Source of the DNA: Alphaproteobacteria bacterium
Lineage (GTDB): Bacteria; Pseudomonadota; Alphaproteobacteria; UBA828
Length of the DNA stretch: 64,000 nucleotides
Direction of reading: 5' to 3'
Assembly: GCA_965214705.1 (NCBI GenBank)
Contig: OZ243972.1
Coordinates: forward strand, 224,001-288,000
Part shown: positions 52,201-59,660 of the stretch, one piece after another
Position numbering within the stretch: position 1 is the stretch's first letter
How the letters are laid out: each line of letters begins with the position of its first letter
The notes under the pieces: generated by a model
Database searches by the model: none
What the model was told of the DNA's origin: nothing
What the model saw: the letters and a program-made list of their open reading frames with translations, nothing else
Translations under genes and position numbers: made by a program

Positions 52201-53766
52201 GTGTCGGACGCTCGGCTTCGTTCCCTTCTCAAGCAGCTCGGCAAGGCAGACGGCCCCGACGCCGCGATGCGCCTGGCGCGGGACCGCAGCACGTTGCTCC
52301 TGGGGACACCCGGTTCGGCCTCGGCGCTGATCTCGGGCGGCAAGGCGGACGCGGAAGCGCGGTTGACCCTGTTCACGCTGCTGCTCGACCAGGCGCGTAT
52401 GAACAAGGAGAACCGGAGACGGCTGGGCGCCGGCTTTCTGTCGGAGGCGGAAGAGGCGATCGCCGCGCTGTGCGGGTCCGGCGGCCTGGATCTCGATGCG
52501 GGCGTTTCCCTGGCCCGGGCCTACGCCATTGCCGAGCTGGAGGTGCCGCAGGCCCTGGTGTCGGCTCTCATGACGGGCGCGGGGAGCGCAATCGAGGCTG
52601 AAGGGTTGCCGGACGACTTCGATGCACAAATCGACGGTCTCCGGCGCGAGGCGGACGGCGACGACTACATGCTGCACGGCTTTCTGAACGAGCTGCTGAG
52701 CGGGATGCCGCCGCCGTTGCGCCTGGCCTTCGTGCATCAGGTGGCGGGGCGTGACGAGGCGTGGTGCGGCCCCCTTGCGCTGTATTGGCTGCTGGATCCG
52801 GCGCCGGAGGTGCGCCGGGCGGCGGCGGCAGGCCTCGGGGAGCGGGCGGAACGGGGCAGCCTCGATGCTGCGGCCGCCTCGGCTCTGCCGTTGATCCGGA
52901 CCTGGGTTCCGGCGGACGACGCCCGCGCGGCGTTGGACGCGGCTCTTCGGGGCGCGCGGCGGCACGAGTTGGCCGGGCCGCTCGAGCGTCCTGCGCTTCG
53001 GCCTGCCGGGCTTCTCGGATCGTTGCCGGACGGCTCGGGCAGCCAGAGCTTCGCGGTCTCGCTCGAGGGCGCGGACGGGCCTGCGGCCGCCCTGGTGCTC
53101 TTGAAGATCGGTCATGGGGTGAAGGAGGCCTTCCTGGTTCGGGGGGAGGAGGCGGGAGCCATGCTGTCGGGCCAGTTGGCTCAGACATGCAACATGGAAC
53201 TGGCTTTGGAGGCGCTGGAGCCCGCGCTATCGGCGGCGCTTGCGGAGGGTCTGTCTGCCGGGAAGCCCGGTCCGCCGGGCCTGATCGACGTGGCCCGGGC
53301 CTGCGGCCTGGGCACGCTGAAGCCGCAGCCGATGACGGCGCAGGACTGGCTCTTGCACGTTGACCCTGCGGGCGAGATCGCGGGCTTGCGGCCTCGCGAG
53401 CGGGCGCGGCTAATCGAGCGGAGCGCCGAGTGGCCCTACGACCACAGTCTGGTGAAGACCTGGTACGAGGGCACGGCGATCGTGGACGAGGCAGTGAAGG
53501 GGATTGGCGGCCGGCGGCAAGCGACTGCGGCATTCCGGGCGGCGCTCGACAGGCGGCGCGACTACTGGTCGCTTCTCATTGCGAGAGCGGCACACGTGTT
53601 GAGTGCCGCAACGGGGGAGGGGGACTGGCGGTCCTTCGCCGCGACGGCGGCAGCGTTGATCGACGGCGCGGCGCTGCAGACGCTGCCGGTCATGGAGCAT
53701 GTTCTCGACTCGAGTCTGGCCGCCTGGCGGGCGGAGGAATACGCTCTGGACGGCAAAGGGCGCTGA
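52201..53766 (+). CDS. Hypothetical alpha-helical protein (HEAT-like segment)
   Basis: 521 aa with protein-like composition, AGGAG RBS, LLDPAPEVRRAAAAGL HEAT-like motif; no family recognised. Confidence 0.65.
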   Translation: MSDARLRSLLKQLGKADGPDAAMRLARDRSTLLLGTPGSASALISGGKADAEARLTLFTLLLDQARMNKENRRRLGAGFLSEAEEAIAALCGSGGLDLDAGVSLARAYAIAELEVPQALVSALMTGAGSAIEAEGLPDDFDAQIDGLRREADGDDYMLHGFLNELLSGMPPPLRLAFVHQVAGRDEAWCGPLALYWLLDPAPEVRRAAAAGLGERAERGSLDAAAASALPLIRTWVPADDARAALDAALRGARRHELAGPLERPALRPAGLLGSLPDGSGSQSFAVSLEGADGPAAALVLLKIGHGVKEAFLVRGEEAGAMLSGQLAQTCNMELALEALEPALSAALAEGLSAGKPGPPGLIDVARACGLGTLKPQPMTAQDWLLHVDPAGEIAGLRPRERARLIERSAEWPYDHSLVKTWYEGTAIVDEAVKGIGGRRQATAAFRAALDRRRDYWSLLIARAAHVLSAATGEGDWRSFAATAAALIDGAALQTLPVMEHVLDSSLAAWRAEEYALDGKGR

Positions 53767-53969
53767 CCGGAGCGGGCGGTCCGTTGGCGCGTGGCGAGGC
53801 CTCGGTTCTTTTCCCGATGCCGGCCGGGCGCGTACGTTTGCGCGCGGCCTTGGCACCGGCTTGCCGGCGTAGTATCCAGCCGCCCTCAGCCACACCATCG
53901 GAGGCTCAGGACATGGCGGTATCCCCTCCCCGCAAGGCCACCGCGCTCAAGAAGGCGATGACCAAGGTT

Positions 53970-54011
53970 AAGGGTTGGGCAGGCTCTCTCTCGAGAGCCT
54001 GCCCAACCCTT
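53970..54011. repeat. Perfect 19-bp-stem terminal hairpin of the rolling-circle element
   Basis: AAGGGTTGGGCAGGCTCTC-TCTC-GAGAGCCTGCCCAACCCTT, 3 bp inside the element end. Confidence 0.9.
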
Positions 54012-54273
54012 TTGAACGAAGCCGCGGGCCACGAGAGGCGAAGTTGAGCTATGTGGAAAGTGCGCTGATGTCAGCGTCAGGCGGCATCCACCGGCAGCAG
54101 AGTTGCGCATAAAATCGACGCTCGCGCCGGTCTTTCGGCAGGCATGCGGGCGCACGCTGCGAGGACTGAGCGGGGTGTGAGCCGAGGGCTGTCAGCCCGG
54201 CTCAAGCGGAGACAGGTTCGGTCGTGCGTCGGCGCTTTGGCGCCGTTGCGCGGGGCCGAAGCGAGCGGGCGTC

Positions 54274-55515
54274 TCACGGTTTCCCCCTGTGGGTCGGCGG
54301 CAGCGCCGGCGGGCCGCGCGTCGAGCGGGGCTCATGGCGGCGGCGGATTTCGCGGACGAGGCGCATGACGCCGCCGCAGTGGGGGCAGGCCACGGGCGCG
54401 GTGCCGATCTCGGGCTCTTCGTCGGGCTCGGCCCGAGCGCCGTCCACGCTTCCCTCGGGGGCGGCGCAGCCGAGGGCGCCGAGAGCCTGGCGTGCTCTCT
54501 CCAGCGTGCTGGCGCGGCAGCCGTTGGCGAGGATGCCGAAGTAGCGAATGCGGTGCATGCCGTCCGGCAGGACGTGCCTCAGGAAGCGGCGGATGAACTC
54601 GTCGGCGCTCACGGTGGCGATGCCGTAGCGCGGCTTTCTCTGCCCCGGCGCCTTGGGCTTTCGGTGGCGGAAGGAGACCGTCTCGCCGTCGAAGGAGACG
54701 ATGCGGCTGTCGGAGATGGCGATCCTGTGCGTGTAGTGCGAGAGGTACCGGAAGACCTGCTCAGGCCCGCGGAAGGGCCGCTTGGCGTAGACCACCCAGT
54801 CCCTGGCCCGGGCGGCGGCAAGCGTGGCGTGGAACTCGCCGGGATTGGCGAGGTGGGCGAGGGTGCCGTGGAACTCCAGGTCCCCCCGGCCGTGGGCGCG
54901 GGCGAGCTCCTCGAGGAAGAGGCGGCGGAACAGGCTGCCGAGGACCTTGACGGGGGCGAGGAAGGTGGTGCTCCCCGTCTTCCACTCGCCACTGTCTACG
55001 TCGAAGCCCGCGTTGGGCACGACCACGTGCAGGTGCGGGTGGAAGCGGAGCTTCTGATCCCAGGTATGGAGGACCGCGGTGCCGCCGATGCGCATGCCGC
55101 CGTGGCGGGGATCGGCGGCGATGGTGCGCAGGGTCTCGGCGACGGCCCGGAAGAGGATGTCGAACACCACCCTGCGGTTGCAGAAGGCAATGGCGGCAAC
55201 CTCCTTGGGCAGGGTGAAGACCACATGGAAGTAGGGCACCGGCAGGATGTCCCCGGCGCGCTCCTCGCTCCAGAGGTTGGCGGCGAGACCCTGGCAGGTG
55301 GGGCAGTGGCGGTTGCGGCAGGAGTTGAAGAGCGGATGCTCGCGCCCGCAGCCCTCGCAGGCGTACATGTGGCCGCCGAGCACGGCGGTGCGGCACGCCT
55401 CGATGGCGCCCATGACCTTGAGCCGGGCGGCGTCGATGCGCCCTTTGTGGCGCTCACGGAAAGCGGCGCCGGCGCGGCGGAAGATCTCCGCCACGCCCGC
55501 GCGTTCGGCCTCCAC
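54274..55515 (-). CDS. IS91-family Y2 HUH transposase with N-terminal zinc-binding domain
   Basis: CRT..LGG..CEGC..NSCRNRHCPTC, YFHVVFTLP, LHTW..FHPHLH (HUH), YLSHY (YxxxY), RIRYFG. Confidence 0.92.
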   Translation of the reverse strand: MEAERAGVAEIFRRAGAAFRERHKGRIDAARLKVMGAIEACRTAVLGGHMYACEGCGREHPLFNSCRNRHCPTCQGLAANLWSEERAGDILPVPYFHVVFTLPKEVAAIAFCNRRVVFDILFRAVAETLRTIAADPRHGGMRIGGTAVLHTWDQKLRFHPHLHVVVPNAGFDVDSGEWKTGSTTFLAPVKVLGSLFRRLFLEELARAHGRGDLEFHGTLAHLANPGEFHATLAAARARDWVVYAKRPFRGPEQVFRYLSHYTHRIAISDSRIVSFDGETVSFRHRKPKAPGQRKPRYGIATVSADEFIRRFLRHVLPDGMHRIRYFGILANGCRASTLERARQALGALGCAAPEGSVDGARAEPDEEPEIGTAPVACPHCGGVMRLVREIRRRHEPRSTRGPPALPPTHRGKP

Positions 55516-55802
55516 GCGCCGTCAGTTGCGCAACGCTGCGAAGCCTGAGATCGGGTGGTCGAGGCCCTCGAACATCTTGCCGGTGACGCGGGCGTAGTGA
55601 CGGGTCGTGTTCGCGCTTCGATGGCCGAGCATGTCCCGGATCACCTCGATATCGCCGCCGCGCTCGAGGAGATGGGTCGCCGCCGAATGGCGCAGGCAAT
55701 GGAAGGTGTAGCGTAAGCGGTATCGGGCCCCCATACTTCCAGCGGATCTGATTTCGGGGCTGACTCTCCGCCTTGACCACGAGCCACACAGGAGAGATCG
55801 CG

Positions 55803-56228
55803 ATGACAGATTCGATTTTGGCATCTGGCGACGGTGTCGCTGTTGCTTCGGTTGAGATCCCAGCTTCTGAGGGAGCCGCCCCGGCTCCGTCTGAGCCGGC
55901 CCCCATGCGACGCTGGCCGGACGATGAGAAGGCGCGGATTGTCTCGGAGAGCTTTGAGCCGGGCTCTTCGGTTGCGGCGGTCGCGCGCCGCCATGGCGTC
56001 AGCGATACGACCCTGACCAAGTGGCGGCGGCGCGCGCGGGAGGGAACTCTTCCGGGCGCTCGGATTGGTGGCTCTGCACCGCCATTTGTTCCCGTGGTGG
56101 TTGATAGCGTGACGTCCGAGCGGACGGTGGCGATCGAGGCGCTAGGCGTGGTCGTTCGCCTTCCGGTGGAGAGCGCGGTCGATCGGATTGTTGCGGTGGC
56201 CTCGGGCCTGGGCCGGGCGTCGTCATGA
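55803..56228 (+). CDS. tnpA: IS66 TnpA (single HTH)
   Basis: [31 protein letters not shown]...KWRR. Confidence 0.88.
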   Translation: MTDSILASGDGVAVASVEIPASEGAAPAPSEPAPMRRWPDDEKARIVSESFEPGSSVAAVARRHGVSDTTLTKWRRRAREGTLPGARIGGSAPPFVPVVVDSVTSERTVAIEALGVVVRLPVESAVDRIVAVASGLGRASS

Positions 56229-56575
56229 TCGCGGCCCCCTCGCTTCGCATCGTGTTGGCGACGCGGCCGGTTGATTTTCGTCGCGGCCACGACGCGCTTG
56301 CGGCGACGGCGGCGGGGGAGCTGGACCTCGATATCTATTCCGGGGTGATCGTGATCTTCCGCTCGCGCCGCGGCGACAGGCTCAAGCTCCTTGCGTGGGA
56401 CGGCAGCGGTCTGGTGATGACCTACAAGCGTCTGGAGCAGGGCCGCTTCGCCTGGCCTCGGATCGAGGATGGTGTGATGCGCCTTACGAAGGGCCAGTTC
56501 GAGGCCCTCTTCGAGGGTCTGGACTGGCGCCGGGTGAAGGCCCGCCCGGTTCGCCGCCCGCTGGCGGCGGAGTGA
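56225..56575 (+). CDS. tnpB: IS66 accessory protein TnpB
   Basis: PVDFRRGHD, FRSRRGDRLKLLAWDGSG, KRLEQGRFAWP. Confidence 0.92.
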   Translation: MIAAPSLRIVLATRPVDFRRGHDALAATAAGELDLDIYSGVIVIFRSRRGDRLKLLAWDGSGLVMTYKRLEQGRFAWPRIEDGVMRLTKGQFEALFEGLDWRRVKARPVRRPLAAE

Positions 56576-56901
56576 GGCGGCACGCAGGCGGGGCCGCAGA
56601 TTTCGGTCGCGGTCCCGCCTGCACTTTTCCCTGGTCATGCATTGGCGAATCGGATTAAGGGGTGGCCCATGCCGAAGGTCACGCCCTCACCCCTCAGCAG
56701 CGCCGGTTCGCCGTCGCCTGCGGTGGTTTCGGCGGCGCTGGCGGCCCTGCATGCGGAGCTTGACGACGAGCGCGCGGCGCGCCGGGCGACGGAAGCAGCC
56801 CTATGCGAAGCGTAAGCGGTATCGAGGCCCCATACTTCCAACGCATCTGATTTCGCGGCTGACTCTTGGCCTTGGCAAGGAGCCTTGGAGGAGGCATCGC
56901 G

Positions 56902-57504
56902 ATGAAGGATTTGGATTTTCTGCGTGGCCACGAGTTCGGCGGTCACTCGGTCGAGGCGCGAGCGCCTGAAGAGGCCGCCCCATCTGCCGCAGCCCCATCT
57001 ACGGCAACTGTTCCGGCTGATCACACTCGGCGGTCATGGTCCGCCGAGGAGAAGGCACGGATCGTCGCGGAGAGCGACAGGCCGGGAGTTGTGCAGAAGG
57101 AGGTCGCGGCTCGCCACGGCATCAGCGCACAAACTCTTCGTCAGTGGCGCAGTCGGTCAGCGGCTTCCGGGAAGCGGCGTGGCCGGCCTTGGCCGGCTGA
57201 TGTGAAGGCGCGGATTGTTGCGGAGAGCGAGCGCCCGGATGCATCGATATCGGCAGTTGCCCGCCGTCACGGCATCAGCGAGAAGACGCTGCGCACCTGG
57301 CGTCGCCAGGCGGCGAGTGACGCTGGTGGCGATCGGCAGGGAGCCGGGTCTTCGCCCCCCTATATTCCGGTTGTAGTTGACGGGTCTGCGTCCGAGCGGA
57401 CGGTCGCGATTGAGGCGCTGGGCGTCGTCGTTCGCCTTCCGGTGGAGAGCGCGGTCGATCGGATCGTGGCTGTGGCCTCGGGCCTGGGTCGTGCGTCGTC
57501 ATGA
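56902..57504 (+). CDS. tnpA: IS66 TnpA with two tandem HTH domains
   Basis: WSAEEKARIVAES...ARHGIS...WR and WPADVKARIVAES...RRHGIS...WR; GGAGG RBS. Confidence 0.85.
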   Translation: MKDLDFLRGHEFGGHSVEARAPEEAAPSAAAPSTATVPADHTRRSWSAEEKARIVAESDRPGVVQKEVAARHGISAQTLRQWRSRSAASGKRRGRPWPADVKARIVAESERPDASISAVARRHGISEKTLRTWRRQAASDAGGDRQGAGSSPPYIPVVVDGSASERTVAIEALGVVVRLPVESAVDRIVAVASGLGRASS

Positions 57505-57851
57505 TCGCGGTGCCCTCGCTTCGCATCGTGTTGGCGACGCGTCCGGTTGATTTTCGTCGCGGCCACGACGCGCTTGCGGCGACGGCGGCGAGGGAGCTGG
57601 ACCTCGATATCTATTCCGGGGTGATCGTGATCTTCCGCTCGCGCCGCGGGGACAGGCTCAAGCTTCTCACCTGGGACGGGACCGGTCTGGTGATGACCTA
57701 CAAGCGTCTGGAGCAAGGCCGCTTCGCCTGGCCCCGGATCGAGGACGGTGTGATTCGCCTTACGAAGGGCCAGTTCGAGGCTCTCTTCGAGGGCCTCGAC
57801 TGGCGCCGGGTGAAGGCCCGCCCGGTTCGCCGCCCGCTGGCGGCGGAGTGA
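57501..57851 (+). CDS. tnpB: IS66 accessory protein TnpB
   Basis: Near-identical to 56225-56575. Confidence 0.92.
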   Translation: MIAVPSLRIVLATRPVDFRRGHDALAATAARELDLDIYSGVIVIFRSRRGDRLKLLTWDGTGLVMTYKRLEQGRFAWPRIEDGVIRLTKGQFEALFEGLDWRRVKARPVRRPLAAE

Positions 57852-57944
57852 GGCGAGACGCAGGCGGGTCCGCAGATTTTTGTCGAGGTCCCGCCTGCAC
57901 TTTTCCCTGGTCACGCATTGGCGAATCGGATTAAGGGATCGGCC

Positions 57945-59660
57945 ATGCCGAAGGTCACGCCCTCACCCCTCAGCAGCGCCGGTTCGCCGTCGCCTGCGGT
58001 GGTTTCGGCGGCGCTGGCGACCCTGCAGGCGGAGCTTGCCGAGGAGCGCGCGGCGCGCCGTGCGACCGAAGCAGCCCTATGCGAAGCGGAGCAGGCACGC
58101 GGCGCGGCGGAGGCGGCGAGGCAGACGGCGGAAGCGCGGGCGGCACGGCTGGAGGCCGAGAACGCGCACAGCGCGGAGCAGATCAGCCGGCTTGAGCATC
58201 TCAACAAGGAGCTCAGGAAGGCGCTGTTCGGTCCGCGCTCCGAGAAGCTCAACGAGGACGAGCGCCAGCTTACGTTCGAGGAGTTTTGGGCGGCGATCGC
58301 TGAAGCCGGCGGTCGGCCCGAGGCAGATGACCAGGAGCAGGACGAGGGGGCTGGCGGCAAGCGCCGGCGGCGCTCTTCCCGGGGGTCGCGCAGCGGGGTG
58401 CGCTTCGGGCCCCAGGTCGACCGGCGCGAGGAGGTGATCGAGCCGGACACGATCATGTGCCCCTGCGGCTGCGGCGAGATGACGAAGATCGGCGAGGACC
58501 GCAGCGAGCGGCTGGACTATGAGCCGGCGAAGTTCACCGTCATCGAGACCGTGCGCCCCCGCTACGCCTGCAACAAGTGCAAGGGCGGCGGGGTGGTGCA
58601 GGCGTCGGCGCCCGCCTCTCTGGTGGAGGGCGGCCTTCCCACCGAGGCTCTTCTGGCGCAGGTGCTGATCGCGAAGTACGGCGATCATTGCCCGCTCTAC
58701 CGTCAGTCGCAGATTTACGAGCGCTCGGGGATCGAGGTTCACCGTGCGACGCTGGCGACGTGGGTGGGGCAGGCGTCGTTTCACCTGCGCCCCGTGGTCG
58801 CTTGCCTGAAGGATGAGCTGAAGAAGTCGGATCACCTGGGTCTGGACGAGACCACGATCCGCGTTCTCGACCCGGGCCGGGGCAAGACGAAGACGGGCTA
58901 CATGTGGACCCTTGTGCGCGACGAGCGCCACTGGAGCGGCGCCGACCCGCCGGGCGTTGTCTATCGCTATGAGCCCGGTCGCGGCGGCAAGTATGGCGCC
59001 AGGCTCTTGAAGGGCTTTTCGGGGACGGTGCAGCTCGACGCCTACTCGGGCCACAACATCCTGGCGCGGCCGGACCGGCCCGGCGGCCCCGTGACGCGGG
59101 CTCTGTGCTGGGCGCACGTCAGGCGCAAGCTGAAAGAGGTGTACGACTCGAGCGCCTCGCCGATCGCGCTGGCTGGCCTGAAGCGGATCGCGACGCTCTA
59201 TGCGATCGAGGAGAAGATCCGGGGCGAGCCGCCGGCGACGCGTCAGGCGATCCGCTGGGAGGAGTCGGCGCCGATCGTGAACGCCTTCGGTGTCTGGCTC
59301 GACGAACAGCGCTCGCGGGTCTCACCGCGCTCGCGTCTCGGCGAGAAGCTCACCTATATCGCCAACCAGTGGGACGGGCTGCTGGAGTTCCTGCACGACG
59401 GCCGCGTCGAGATCGACTCGAACCTGGTGGAAAACCGAATCCGCCCGCTGAAGCTCACCGCCAAGAATGCGCTCTTCGCCGGCAACGACGAGGGTGCGCA
59501 AGCCTGGGCCCGCATCGCATCGCTGATCGAGACCTGCAAGATGAACGGCGTCGAGCCTTACGCCTGGATGCGGAGCACGCTCGAGAAGATCGCCAAGGGT
59601 CACCCGCAGTCCAAAATCCAGGAACTGCTGCCGTGGAACTTCGAGCCCGAGACAAATTGA
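57945..59660 (+). CDS. tnpC: IS66 DDE transposase TnpC
   Basis: Coiled coil, FGPRSEK, CPCGC/CNKC zinc finger, PLYRQ, DET, CWAHVRRK, DSNLVENRIR, LLPW. Confidence 0.93.
   Translation: MPKVTPSPLSSAGSPSPAVVSAALATLQAELAEERAARRATEAALCEAEQARGAAEAARQTAEARAARLEAENAHSAEQISRLEHLNKELRKALFGPRSEKLNEDERQLTFEEFWAAIAEAGGRPEADDQEQDEGAGGKRRRRSSRGSRSGVRFGPQVDRREEVIEPDTIMCPCGCGEMTKIGEDRSERLDYEPAKFTVIETVRPRYACNKCKGGGVVQASAPASLVEGGLPTEALLAQVLIAKYGDHCPLYRQSQIYERSGIEVHRATLATWVGQASFHLRPVVACLKDELKKSDHLGLDETTIRVLDPGRGKTKTGYMWTLVRDERHWSGADPPGVVYRYEPGRGGKYGARLLKGFSGTVQLDAYSGHNILARPDRPGGPVTRALCWAHVRRKLKEVYDSSASPIALAGLKRIATLYAIEEKIRGEPPATRQAIRWEESAPIVNAFGVWLDEQRSRVSPRSRLGEKLTYIANQWDGLLEFLHDGRVEIDSNLVENRIRPLKLTAKNALFAGNDEGAQAWARIASLIETCKMNGVEPYAWMRSTLEKIAKGHPQSKIQELLPWNFEPETN

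Noticed and set aside
49340-53115. 941-aa RecD2 and 518-aa upstream ORF from the ORF track
   Set aside because: The N-terminal extensions overlap other genes out of frame or antisense; trimmed to 51562 and 51936
53850-53865. Sigma-54 promoter upstream of the HU gene (TGGCAC-N4-TTGC)
   Set aside because: GG to GC spacing is 9 nt, not the required 10
53970-54013. Rho-independent terminator reading of the long hairpin
   Set aside because: It lies inside the mobile element, 3 bp from its end, in the middle of the HU coding sequence; a transposition signal explains it better, though it may terminate transcription incidentally
56225-57851. IS66 TnpB as an RNA-guided nuclease
   Set aside because: Name coincidence only; these 116-aa proteins lack RuvC and are unrelated to IS200/IS605 TnpB
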